A stretch of 64,000 nt of DNA from Podarcis pityusensis (lineage: Eukaryota), in the NCBI GenBank assembly GCA_964106645.2, contig OZ067043.1; one strand, 5' to 3'. The position numbers were made by a program, and so were the translations under genes. The notes beneath the pieces were generated by a model that was not told the DNA's origin, did no database searches, and worked only from the letters and a program-made list of their open reading frames with translations. Shown here in pieces: positions 26,111 to 38,809 of this stretch. The stretch's first letter is position 1. Every line of letters starts with the position of its first letter.

Positions 26111-28638
26111 GTTTCCTGCTCTCAAGACTTTCTGCCTTGCTGGCCTTTATTTCCAAGTATTTCCAGAACACCTGTGTGATGGCACCTCTCCTACTTTTGG
26201 TGCCCTCCAGATGGTGGGACTGGCCAGTGGTTAGGAATGGTGGGAACTATAGGGCCATATAGGACATAGTAGGTCCATAACCTACTATAACTTAAGTCTG
26301 CAACATCTAGACCTAAGTGTGTGTAAGTGAAGCAATGGCATATTTTCTGTTTACCTTTCTATTAATTTCTCCTGTATTCCATTTTAGATTGTAAGCTCCT
26401 TGGAGCAGGCTTCTGTCATGCTATGTTCTATGCCATGCACCCCGATATATTTGATCTTGGTTAGGCACGATGGGCTGCTGGTTTGTTGTTGCTGCTGTTC
26501 CATATAATAACAGGTGTAGAAGGAGTTTAAGCGGCTGCTCGTGGGTTGTGGTTCAAAATGGCATTAATGCAGGAAGTTATTGATATATATGAACAAGTGG
26601 CTAAAACTGGCTTGGTTAACTAGTAAATTACTGAATACAAGCAGCTGCACCCTCTTCCTCCACCTGTTGTGAAACAATCTGGATTACTCAGGATAGAACT
26701 ATATTTGCTAGGACCAGCCTAGCCTTTTCCTACTGGATCATTTCTGTGGTGGGGTGGATAAAATACTGGCTAATGTGGCTCTTTTGCCTTTAACAACTAT
26801 ATAGCAGAAATAACTAAGATGTGTAGTGTGTCCCAGCAGGGCATTTAATTCCACCACTCCAGCTTTTGAAAGCACAAGTGGTTCTTCTGCAAAGGTAGCT
26901 GGGCTTAGAGAAATTAAGCTTCGGAAACCAGCATTCCAGATGAACTGCTGCACTATTTGTTTTCAAACTGTTCCTGCAAACCACAAGGTTCCTTCAAAGG
27001 GTGAGGAGTTTCTCAGTGGAAGACAGGCTTGGCATATGCTCCAGTATTCTGCTATAGTAAAGGGTTCCGTGGTAATATATTCATTTTCAATATATTCCCC
27101 ATTGACTTGTCTGTTGGGAGCCACTATTGGATGCAAAAAAACCTTGGATTCTATCCCTGGTTGGCATTTCCTCTTGGAAAAACTCATTCCCAGTCTGCAT
27201 AGATAGATAATAGCCAGCTCTATGGACCAGTGGCCTGACTCTGGTTGCATACACACTGTACCTTTAGAACACATTCTTTCCCTCAAAGTATTCCGGGCAT
27301 GATAGTTTAAACTACAGCTCCCACAATTCTTTGTGGGATGTGTTTTGTTTTGAATGTGTTTTAAAGATACAGTGTGTTTGCCTTCTCAGCAAGGCAACTC
27401 CTACATTCCTATATCCTAGGTCAGGAGTAGGGAATTTGTGGCCCCTTCAATGATGCTGGACTTCCAGTTCTCACCAGCCCCAGCCATCATAGCTAATGGT
27501 CCGGGATGATGGGAGTAGCAGTCCAACAATGACTGAAGGACCACAGGGTCCTTTCTGTGCCCTATTTTATTTTATATGACCAGTTGTTAAAGCACAAGAA
27601 CCAAACACAACAGACTGAATGGCTATGTTCAACTTAGAGCCATATCTGAGTTTGCTGTACTGATGCTGAGCATGTTCTCTTGCCTGCACGAGTGAAACAC
27701 TCCTGCAAGCAGAAAATGATTTCAGTTTTGCCACCCAGCGAAACCTACCTGCACACATTTTTTTTACTCCCACACTTAGTGAACATCTGCATGTTTTACT
27801 TGGTCTCTGGTTTTGAAATCACTTTCTCTGTATAAGCTGAGAAATTCTTGAGAAGTGATGTCATAACTGCACTCGCTTTCCTTTCCCTCTTTTCATCTCT
27901 CTGCAACTAGACTTGTGGTGTCACTCCAGAAAAAGACAGAAGTAGGTGGAGCATCGTTGCCGATGACTAATTCAGTTACAGCTAAAGCTAACTGATCTAA
28001 CTGGCATTTGTGAGGCAGGGCAAGGTGACTCAGAATGAATGGCATGGGTAGATGGAAAACCCCAGGTGGCCTTTCAACCACAGCATAGCACTGGTGATTG
28101 GAAAATACCAGTGTGACGTAAAGGGGAGGAGCAGGAAAACCTGCAGTACAAATCTCATTCCTATTGTCAGTTCTTTGGGTCTTCTTGCACTAAGCTACTA
28201 GGAATTTATATGTAATGCACACCTAACAATACACGCCTACCTTACAGAGTGTTACAACATAGGGAAGTCTGTAATGTTTGATGTTTTTATTATATTAGGC
28301 TGCTGAGGAAGGAACTGGGGGAGGAGCCTTAGAGAGCAGTGGGAAAGTGTGGACCTTCAGTCCTTGCAACTGCCTCATTGGGGCAAGACCTACTGAGAAT
28401 AGTTGCTGTGATCACTTGATCTGTGCTGTCTTAGTTTCTTTGAATAAAGAGTTGACTTCACAGACACCGGGTATTTCATTGCTGACTTTTCCCTAACTCC
28501 TGGTGGGTGACAGTTCCTTGAGCTTCTTTCTTCTCCCGTCCTCTCCGGGCAAGGTCTAGATTTTCACAGGACGTTTCCCACCTGCTTTTACTTTATTATT
28601 TCTACTTTTTCCTTTTTGAAGCTTCCAAGGTGGCACAG

Positions 28639-29260
28639 TGTCCTGATCCCCTGGCTGACAGTGCGCCAAGACGAAGCTCTACATCCAGAAGGCAATCCAC
28701 ACAGCAGAGTAGCCAGTCCATGCAAGCCAAGTCCAAAGATCAGGAAACGCAGTCCAAGTAAGACAAGATAGTAGTTCAGCACTCAGTCTTGAAGTAGAAA
28801 TCCATGAAGGACCAAGGAGAATCCCAGGCAAGGTCCCTCAACATGGGCTCTGCTGCCTTCTTATACTGTGTCTGCTGTTTTCAATATCTGGGCTTCATGA
28901 GGCATGGAACCCTCACCTGCTCTCAGCTTGCTCCAGCTGAGAAATTCCATGTCTCCTTCCCCACCTGGCCAGCTAGTGAATGAGGTTGCAAGCCCTGGCC
29001 CACCTCTGCTTCCTGGACTGCCCCACCCACTGTTCCCTGCGCCTTAGGACCTGCCGTGTTCGTGGGGGTGGGGGCCTCTCTTTCTCTGGCTTCCTGTGCT
29101 CTAGTCCCTGCCCTCCTTAACCTCCTCTGTCACCCCGTGAGTATTGGCTACCCCAACCTCTCCTTCCCCACCCCCAGCTTGCTCCTGTGTGACCCACTCC
29201 TAGCTGCACCCCTCACCAGCACCCTCTCCCTCCTCCCCAAAATCCTGCCAGTTCATGACA
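28639..29260 (-). mobile_element. solo LTR (622 bp)
   Basis: TG...CA termini and a perfect 5-bp TSD cacag (28634-28638, 29261-29265). Both ends are shared with the element at 59124-60277. Confidence 0.8.
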
Positions 29261-29755
29261 CACAGGCACCGAGTTGCGCCCAACATTGGAGGGGAGGGGC
29301 CTGATACCACATGTGTGATGCACATCACAAGCATGTGATGTCACGCATGTTGCGCCTCTCTTGCTGTGATATTTGTGCGCCAGGCCACACTGGTCCACGC
29401 GGCATCTCAACACTAATGTACTAATACTAATGTGCTGAGACTGCAATGCAGAGAAAGAGGACCAGAAACTAAGAATAGGAAAAGAACAAGGTCAACAGGA
29501 GGCTTGTGTGTGCTTGTATGACTGAAAGCCATTAAATGCCAGGTGAGCAGCCCTGGGGACAGCATTTCATAAATGGAGCACTACAGGTATTCACAGTCAC
29601 AACCCAACTAATCTAAGGAGGCAGGGAGTGGCAGTAGGACCCAGAAAAAGGCCTCAGATAGTACTCTTAACAGGTTAGTATGAGAAAAGATGGTTCTGTG
29701 CCCCAAGCCACATAGGACTTTGAAGGACATTTTGGCTTCAGATCCCAATTTTGTG

Positions 29756-30310
29756 CTTCTTCTTCTTCTTCTTCTTCTTCTTCTTCTTCTTCTTCTTCTT
29801 CTTCTTCTTCTTCTTCTTCTTCTTCACCTTTTACAAATATTTTAACAAGAAAAGCAAAACCTTTGCAAATCTAATTTACCTTCCCCTCCCCTGCTTTCTG
29901 TGGTTATTTATTTAAAAATTTTTTATTACTGAATATCCAATTCAAATATATTTACTAATTTCCCCTAAACTTCCCTTTAATTCTCTCTTACTGCACATGT
30001 TTATATCAGTCCCGCTAATATTTGGATTTGTTTACAATGTATCTTCAAATGGTCAATAAAGTTTCCCCTTTCTATTTTAAAAAGTCTCTCTTCTTGATGC
30101 CTTATTCTTCTGGTGAGTTTTGCCATTTCCGTGTATTCCATTAATTTTAATAGCCAGTCTTCCTTTGTCAGAACTGTTTCTTCCTTCCATCTTTGGGCAT
30201 CAATCATTCCAGCAGCTGTGGTAGCATACATAAGCTCCACCTCCACCCCCTGTTTTGGTAGATACTTCACCACCAATTATTCCTAAAAGAAAAGCAGTTG
30301 GTTTTTTTGC
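29756..30310 (-). mobile_element. L1/Tx1-type LINE 3' fragment abutting a (TTC)n microsatellite (approximate)
   Basis: Minus-strand ORF 30001-30276 (MYATTAA..AQRWKEETVLTKEDWLLKLMEY.EMAKLT) resembles the L1 ORF2 C-terminus. (TTC)n at 29756-29825. Confidence 0.75.
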
Positions 30311-31157
30311 AAAAGGCTCTGCAGCTTATTAGGTGACATTGAACCTGTTGCCAGCTTTGGAACACATGCAATAAGCCCATATACACCAACTTGAACTCCC
30401 AGCAGAAGGGGTGGGATACAAAGGATATTAGATAAGAGACCAGAATAGGAGAAGACTTAAAGTGGCTATTGATGATCTTTAGGGGAGAGACTGAAAAGGG
30501 TGTAGGAGCTGAGGTACACAGAGAGGAGAAATGAAAGGACAAGGATCTCTGATTAATTTGATGGGGAAAGTGGCAGGAAGCCAGCAATCAGATTTATGGA
30601 CAACGCAGATGTGATCATAGTAATGATGAGGTGTTTTCTTTTTTTATGCACGGCATTCTTTCCTTGGACCTCGTGCATGCAAAATGAGATGGGCTCAGGC
30701 ACTGAACTATGAACGCGCAGATCCAAGTCACATATTTAGGCAATTACTCTTGTTCCATCCATACTGTAACATTTGCCCACTTCCCTGATGGTTGAGTTAT
30801 TCCAGGGTGGGGAGGGGAGAGAGTGTCATTTTAGAGAGTGAAACTTAATTTTTGAAAATTAGTTCAGTGAGGGGTTGTGGTTGTGAGGAATTCAAATCTG
30901 CTTTTTTTGTGGTTGGACAACATTTAGTTTGGTAAGTCTACGCTGGTGCAGAAGCTGCTTGGTTTCATTTACAAGCATGCAAGCAGAATGTAAGCAGAGA
31001 CGCACGTGCTCCTACCATGCAGCAGATCTGCTACTCCACTCACATGGCGCTTCCAGCTCATCTCTCTCCACCACTATTTGGGTGCTCTGGTCATAGTTAG
31101 CACCAACATGTAGGCTGAGTTGCTACTCCCCCAATGCCTATGCATCAAATGCAAGTA

Positions 31158-31372
31158 CTGTGCAACCTCGTGTTACGTACTGGCCTCCTTGAGAATGCTG
31201 CGGGTTATGAGCTCCGCTAACTTGGAAGTAGATGTCCCTTGTTGCGAACTTTGCCCCAGGATGCGAGCAGAAGTCATGCACCGGCAGGGCAGCAGCAGCG
31301 GGAGTGAAAGCACGCCTCATATTAAGAACGGACCTCTGGAATGAATTAAGTTCATAAGTGGAGGTACCACTG
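31158..31372. mobile_element. diverged Tc1/mariner MITE (CAGTGGTACCTC family, reverse orientation)
   Basis: Ends GAGGTACCACTG|TA. Interior is the reverse complement of the copies at 43236, 47346 and 59678. Confidence 0.7.
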
Positions 31373-31609
31373 TATCAGAAAGGAGAGAGCACCCTTGGTG
31401 TACCCTTGTGATCTAGAACCCTGATTACTCAGGGTTCCAGACTGTGCAGAAACCTGCTTGTGATAAGACTCTTCTCACCCATCTGTGTTGCCAAGGGGAA
31501 GTTCTACCTGGCTTCCCACTTGTATATTGGTGTTAACAGTGCATAGAATATCTGAATAAGACCTTGGTCTCTGTTACTAGCGACAAACAAGCATGTGTAC
31601 AGGCACATA

Positions 31610-31978
31610 AAAAGGTAAAGGTAAAGGACCCCTGACAGTTAAGTCCAGCCACGAACGACTCTGGGGTTGCGGCACTCATCTCGCTTTACTGGCCGAGGAA
31701 GCCAACGTTTGTCCGCAGACAGTTTTTCCGGGTCGTGGCCAGCATGACTAAGCTGATTCTTGTGAAACTAGAGCAGCGAGCAGAAACGCTGTTTACCTTC
31801 CTACTGGAGCGGTACCTATTTATCTACTTGCACTTTGACGTGCTTTTGAACTGCTAGGTTGGCAGGAGCAGGGACCGAGCAACGGGAGCTCACCCCGTCG
31901 CGGGGATTCGAACCGCCAACATTCCAATCAGCAAGCCCTAGGCTCAGTGGTTTAGACCACAGCGCCACCCACATACCA
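31610..31978 (-). mobile_element. Sauria SINE (full length)
   Basis: (AAAGGT)n tail at left. 14-bp TSD tgtacaggcacata at 31596-31609 and 31979-31992. Confidence 0.9.
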
Positions 31979-33235
31979 TGTACAGGCACATACATGCACA
32001 GAAATATCCAGATAGAGCCATCCCTACCATTACGTGGAGTGAGGTGGTTGCCAGAGGCAGCTGATTTTGAATGTCATCAAAGGACAACAGCCTGCCAATT
32101 ACTTAATTTGTCACAAGGGGCACTGTTAGGTAATTTTAGATTCTGAATTTGAGAGGCTCCTGTGTTCCCACTCTTTACAGGGCAATGCGTATTTCAAAAT
32201 GTGGATTGCCAGCCCAGTTTCATGGGGTGGTAGAGCTCTTCCTTTTGCTGGGTGGGGCCCTTCGCTTCTATCCCAAAGTGGAATGCACCATGTGCTCATT
32301 ACTGTCTTGCTTTTCCCACCCACTAACTTCATTCCAGAAACATCTGCCAGGGTTTCACTCCCTTCTGGAGGGACGGGTACATAGTCTGGGGAAACTCTTT
32401 GACCCATGTCTGTCATGAGAGGCCCAAGTGGCCTTGATAGCAAAGAGCCCATTACCAATAGTGACCATTCCTGCCGAAGGGTAGCCAGCGACTGTGATCC
32501 ACATGCTGGATTGAATCATTGTGACATATTTTATGTGGAGTTTCCCTTAGAGCTACTGCAGAAGGTGGTGGCCTGGCTCCTTTATTGGGCTCCATGCAGC
32601 ACAAACTACCCTTATGCTGAATGAGCTGCAGGGCTTGCCAGTTTACTAGTCTTGACCTGCAATAAACAGCTTGAGACCCAGGTTTGTGAGAGACCTCCTT
32701 CACCTGTACAGGCCATCAAGGTTACAGGCATCCTCTGGGGAGCCTCTGTTGACTGTCTGACGTTGCACAAATCCTCATCTGGCCACATTGGGGAGGAGGA
32801 CCTCCTTGATAGTGGCACCTTCCCTGCAAAATGATCTCCTAGCAGAGATCAGAAAAGTGCCCAGGCTGAACAGCTTCTGCTGGAAGTTAAATACACTCTT
32901 GTTTACCCAGGTACAGTAAATCTAATAACTGGATGTGGCTGATTAGATTGCATTGTACAGTTTCAAATGTAAACTACTTGGGTTAGTTAGTCACAGAACT
33001 GAATAGCTGTGTATGTGTGTCTCCCAGAAAAGTCCACCTGCTTTGTCCCATTTGTTCAGTACCAAACTGACAGTGTGGTCCGGAGTTGTGTTTAAGGTGC
33101 ATACCTGCACTCATTCATTCTGGGCCTTTTACTAAAGGAGGGTGGCCAATCACTGTAACACCATGCGAATTGTTCTGAATTCTGGGAGTTTGGGTGATAC
33201 ACACACAGAAACCTTGTCCCAGGCTATTTGAATAA

Positions 33236-33415
33236 ATGGGCTGAACAACAGACGTGAAACGCTCCTTCGGGTACACAGGACCGAGGCCATTTAGGGCTTT
33301 AAAGGTCAGCACCAGGACTTTGAATTGTGCACAGAAACATACTGGGAGCCAGTGTAGGTGTTTCAGGACCGTTGTTACATGGTCCCAGCGGCAGCTTCCA
33401 GTCACCAGTCTAGCT
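33236..33415 (-). mobile_element. L2 LINE fragment (approximate)
   Basis: Translates to DHVTTVLKHLHWLPV..AQFKVLVLTFKALNGLGPVY. Confidence 0.75.
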
Positions 33416-34216
33416 GATCAGTTATTCTTCATTGCCTCATAGCTCCCTGAATTGTCACAAACATGTGCTGGGGTTCCCAGACTCACCCGTACTTTTATTT
33501 CTGTTTACCCTAAAACTAATTATATAACGCTCCCATCCGAACAATAGGTCCTTCATCAGTTTCTGGAAAATTGGGGTGAGGTACTTGGCTGATTCAGGGA
33601 CGTTAGCCAAAGGGGTGTGGCCCCCCTCCCTGATGAATGAAGACAAACAAAATATCACCTGCCAAGAGGGGAGGAGATGATGAGTATTTGATGTTCAGGG
33701 CAGGATGCAGCCACTGTGTTCTGTTCCCAGGCATCGTTTTCTTGGTACGAACTGCGCCAGAATTTGCCTGTATTGAAAAATCGAGGGGTGGATTGATGTC
33801 CAAGGAGAAACGTAAAGAAAATATCAGCATTCTCACGAGAATTTGGAGATTTGTGGAAGTGCAATAAAAATGAAATTTTTAAAAAATCCAAACAGTAAGG
33901 GGGAAGCAACCTCCTTCTTCCCCCAAAACAAAAAGGTTCAGTAGCCATGGAACCTAAGTGTCTGTTTATTAAGGAAGATAGAAACATAAGGAGCTTGCTC
34001 CAGCTACATGCAGCTTCTATTACATTTCTGTTATTGTATACAGTATGCTGGAAGAGGACATGGCTGGTGCTCTGCCCAGGAGAACCCACAATTAAGGATG
34101 ATGATCCGCTGCAACATTTCATTGCGGTTCCCACCTGCTTTGCACAAGTACCAAACTGAAAGCCCTGCCTGGACTAGGGTTTAGGAAGCAGGCCTAAGTC
34201 AGTAGATTCACAACTA

Positions 34217-34479
34217 CCGTATTTTTCGCTCTATAAGACGCACCAGACCACAAGACGCACTTAGTTTTTGGAGGAGGAAACAAGAAAAAAAAATTCTGAA
34301 TCTCAGAAGCCAGAACAGCAAGAGGGATCGCTGTGCAGTGAAAGCAGCAATCCCTCTTGCTGTTCTGGCTTCTGTGATAGCTGCGCAGCCTGCATTCGCT
34401 CCATAAGACGCACACACATTTCCCCTTACTTTTTAGGAGGGAAAAAGTCTTATAGAGTCTTATAGAGCAAAAAATACAG
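34217..34479. mobile_element. Tc1/mariner (Tc2/pogo-like) MITE with internal hairpin
   Basis: TA|CCGTATTTTTCGCTCTATAAGAC...GTCTTATAGAGCAAAAAATACAG|TA, with repeated TAAGACGCAC motifs. Confidence 0.85.
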
Positions 34480-35039
34480 TAATTTAATAGCCTTTCAGTT
34501 CCCCTGGGGAAAAGCTGCCTTCTCTAGGCAGGGCTTTGAAGAAAGGAACGAGAAGTCAGTGTTTTCATTCAACAGAAACTTTTGAAATCCTTTGATCAAA
34601 CTAGCTCAAGTGCTGCTGTTCTGGGATGTTAGAGGCTGAAGCAGAATTGAGTTGAATTAGAAAAGCTGTTTTAAAGTTCAGAAGTTTTCATCTACTTATA
34701 ATTAATGTTTCCCTTAAATAAACAAAAGCTTTTCTAAATTACCCTCCGCCCTCTAATAGTTGCCTTGTCATAAGAGCTAGAATTAAGTCACCTGCCCACT
34801 GAGCATTTTTTAGCATGATCATGGCAATGGGGAACTCAAAATATCCACCCTGGGCCCAGAAGGAATCTGGGGTGGGAGGGTCAGATGTAGGGATGGGCAA
34901 ATATGTAGGCCTTGGCTTCTAGCTTCTCATTTTTCCAATCATACATCCAGTTCTCCACATTTCCACATCAGTTTGCAAAATATTTATTAATTTTGAAAAG
35001 TCCTCATGAAATGCACCAGCATTTTGTTGCAAATATCTT

Positions 35040-35595
35040 TAAAGCCCTTTGCAGCTTCGGACCCTCGTACCTACGGGACCGCCTATCCTGGTATGCCCTG
35101 CGGAGGACCTTAAGGTCCATAAATAGCAATACTCTAGAGGTCCTGGGCCCTAAGGAAGTCAGATTAGCCCCAACCAGGGCCAGGGCCTTTTCAACACTGG
35201 GTCCAGCCTGGTGGAACGCTCTGTATCTCGTGAGACCAGGGCCCTGCGGGATCTGATTTCTTTCCACAGGGCCTGTAAGGCAGAGTTGTTCCGCCTGGCC
35301 TTTGGCTTAGAATCAGCCTGGTCCCTTCCCCCTCTTTCCTTTTCCTTCTGTGTTGGAACCCCTATTTGGGGACTTTCCTGGCTTTTTTCTGGCCCACGTA
35401 GGACCAGTCTGGACAGTTGGCCTTGGTGAAGATTTGACGTTTTCTCCCCCCAAACAGTTTTTGATCTGGGCTTCCACTGAAATGAGGCTGCATTTTAAGT
35501 TGTACTTTAATCCTGTTTTTAAGTTGTATTTTAATCAATTGTTTTTATACTTGATGTTAACCGATCTGAGCCTGGTCTTGGCTGGGGAGGGCGAG
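35040..35595 (+). mobile_element. L2 LINE 3' fragment (approximate)
   Basis: Translates to FKALCSFGPSYLRDRL..RAFSTLGPAWWNAL. Same family as 1959-2471. Confidence 0.8.
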
Positions 35596-36984
35596 ATATA
35601 TATCTCCTAATATACATATATATATCTCCTAATATATCTAATATATATATATATATATATGTATGTATCCATATATATATATATATATATATCCTAATAT
35701 ACATATATNNNNNNNNNNNNNNNNNNNNNNNNNNNNNNNNNNNNNNNNNNNNNNNNNNNNNNNNNNNNNNNNNNNNNNNNNNNNNNNNNNNNNNNNNNNN
35801 NNNNNNNNNNNNNNNNNNNNNNNNNNNNNNNNNNNNNNNNNNNNNNNNNNNNNNNNNNNNNNNNNNNNNNNNNTTAGATTTGTTTTTATGTTGTTTTAAT
35901 TCTATTATAGTTTAATTATTTTTAAAGTATTATCTTTCTCTTTTTTAGTTTTCTGTGTTTCACCTGTATTGTTTCAATTTTTGTATGCCATCTTGAGTCC
36001 TGTTTCTGGGAAGGAAGGTGGAATATAAATATAATATCAATATAAAAAGAAGTTAATATTATGATTTAGCAAAATGGCTATATTGCATTCCTTCCAATCA
36101 TGCCTTGATATTTTCTCCCACCTGTGCAGCAACCCTGGCAAAATCCCTTCCAGCAGCTTTATACCTCTGCCTAATTTGCTTATCTCAATTCTATGATTCA
36201 GGCACTATCTGAGAAAGTCTCCAACAGGAAAAGCCATGCCTTCCAGCCCGCTGTTTTAGTTTGGAGCTCGGATCACATGCAAAGTCACAGGATGCTTCTG
36301 AGTCTCCAATTCTCATCCTGCCTGTCACAAGTTCCGGAAAGCATTCCAGGGAAACAGTTGCGGTATATTCTTCCAAACATGCGCTAACCCGCTTCTCCCT
36401 TCCTCAACAATCAGTGTCATTCTGCTGGGGGTTTTGGTTCAGCATGTGATTCCTTCAGAGGACAATTGAGAAACAGAAGAGTTCCTGGCTGGCTTTGCAA
36501 GGCACCGCAAACACATGACCGGCTTTCCTTCCTGAGTGACTCAGGGTGGATTTGCAGTTTGCACTGACCTTTCTTCATTTTAAAGTAGGTTTTCCACTGC
36601 GATCATGAGCGTTGTTTGATGCTTTTTCCCTTTTCGTTAATGGAGCACATACAAACCTGTCAGAGTCAGCTATAGATAACAAAAATGACATCACGTCTGG
36701 AATTCCGACACAAAAGGAATAGAGATCAAATTGTTTCTTAATATAATGTCCTCTTAATTTTTGATAACTTTAAAAGGTCCTAAACCTCTCATAATGACCA
36801 TTTGTTCCCTCTTTGTGATCCCCCAATGCTGCTCAGCTGACTGGAGAACAGCTGAGGGGGTTGAAAAGGAGGCTAAACTGCAGGAAAAAATGTTAATCCT
36901 CACCTAGAGCTGTACACCTTCTTTCCCCGGTTGGCTGATCAGTGGGAAGGAATGTTGTGGGTCACGTATAATTAGGCAGTAGTT

Positions 36985-37520
36985 ATTTATTTTCTCACCT
37001 TTTCCTCCATGGAGCTCATGGTTCTCCCCTTCCACCTTTAATCCCCGCAACAACCCTGTGAGGTAGGTGCATGGCAGAGGAAGGGGGGTGCGGTAGGCGC
37101 GGTCCGTCCAGGGTGCCACCACTGAGGGGGGTGTCAAAATGCCAGGCAGCACTCACTACGGGGCCTGCAGCAAGCCCGAGCCATGCGCCTATCCTGGGAG
37201 AGACACGGTGGCTTGGGCATGTGCAGGCTCCACGCTCCCCAAACGGTCCGCTCGCTGCATCCCCCCCCCCAGCTGTAGGGCGGCTGAGTGGGAAGAAGCA
37301 GGCAGACTCCAGAGGCCCCATGGTGTGACCCACCCTGGGCGTGCTGCCCCAGGCGCCAGAGTGGCTTCCTCCACCACTGGGTAGGTGAGGCTGACAAAGG
37401 CAGTGACTGGCCCAAGATCACCCAGTGAGCTTCATGGTCAAGTGAGGATTCGAACCCTGATCTCCCACTACACCCACTCCCTGGTCAAACACTCTAACCA
37501 CTACACTACCCTGGCTCTCT
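36985..37520 (-). mobile_element. tRNA SINE (Squam3-like) interrupted by a hAT MITE (approximate)
   Basis: Reverse-strand A box (ctctaaccactacact), B box (ggattcgaaccc) and ggcccaagatcaccc core. Confidence 0.7.
37070..37379. mobile_element. GC-rich hAT MITE (CAGTGGCGGAGGAAG-type TIR)
   Basis: Perfect 8-bp TSD ggtaggtg (37062-37069, 37380-37387). TIRs catggcagaggaag / cttcctccaccactg. Confidence 0.85.
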
Positions 37521-37694
37521 CTGGTTCAGAAGCAGACCAGGGTAGTGGTGTGTGGACTTCAAACTTCTCAACTAGATATGGTGGGTACAGTGTGTTCCTT
37601 AGAGACTCTGATCAAACAATGTGCATATTGCCCAGAAAATGTACAAAATGATGTCAAGATATGTACATTTCCCAAAGCCTGTGGGGGATTATGC

Positions 37695-37697
<3 letters not shown>

Positions 37698-37730
<33 letters not shown>

Positions 37731-38083
37731 TAATTTATTATTTATACCCCACCCATCTGGCTGAGTTTCCCTAGCCACTCTGGGCGGCTTCCAATCAAGT
37801 GTTAAAAACAATACAGCATTAAATATTAAAAACTTCCCTAAACAGGGCTGCCTTCAGATGTCTTTTAAAGAGAAGATAGCTGCTTATTTCCTTCACATCT
37901 GATGGGAGGGTGTTCCACAGGGCAGGCACCACCACTGAGAAGGCCCTCTGTCTGGTTCCCTGTAACCTCACTACTCACAATGAGGGAACCGCCAGAAGGC
38001 CCTCGCCACTGGATCTCAGTGTCCGGGCTGAACGATTGGGGTGGAAACGCTCCTTCAGGTATACAGGACCAAGGCCGTTTAGG
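37698..38083 (-). mobile_element. L2 LINE 3' fragment with (AAT)n tail
   Basis: The 3' end tttatacccc.cccatctggctg.gtttccc.agccactctggg is shared with copies at ~42964, 45371 and 48454. Confidence 0.8.
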
Positions 38084-38809
38084 TGACAAGGAAATGTAGG
38101 AAATTTCCCAGGGCTTTTTTTGAAATTATGTCCATTGACCAAGAAATGTGCACAATTCCCTCCTCGTTGGTGGTTTTATGCACATTCTCCATGAGGACTG
38201 GGGAATGTGCACAATGCCTGGGTGTTATGCACATTAACCAATCAATCTGCATTCCCCTTAACACTCTGATGAGGAATGATAGCATAGAGGGTCTTGACAA
38301 CTGCAGTAAAACTAGAGGACAGATGCCTATGCTGAGTTCTCTTGCTCTTGGCATGGAGTTCAGTTAAGAATACTTTCTTTGCACTTGGTAGCAGGTTTCC
38401 CCTTGATGTGTGGATTGGTTCCAGTGTACTTTTGCTAATGGCACTGCTTTACAGGAAAGCCAAGATGAATCAAAACACTCAGATACACTTAATGTTCCAT
38501 CATTAAGTTTGGTCCTTCCCCTTGACCAAATACAGCTAATGTGCTCAACCCATAGCCCTTGCTGAGCATATGGGGCACCACCCTGGAAGGAATGAACATT
38601 CTTTATTAATCTCTCCTCCTCCATAGTAACTCTTGTATGTTTGATTCCATTTTAATATGTCCTAATGTTGTGAGTTATCCCTAAAATCCAGCTTTTGCTA
38701 TAAAAATGTTGGGATCAGCATCTTGGAAAACCATGGCAAGTCTGAGTAAACAATATTCTGTGTAGGTGGGCATAAATCTGCCTTTACAAGTCACCATTAA
38801 ACTATTGGT

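Noticed and set aside
28295-28512. Possible LTR 3' remnant (AATAAA, ending in TGACA)
   Set aside because: No 5' terminus or TSD could be identified.
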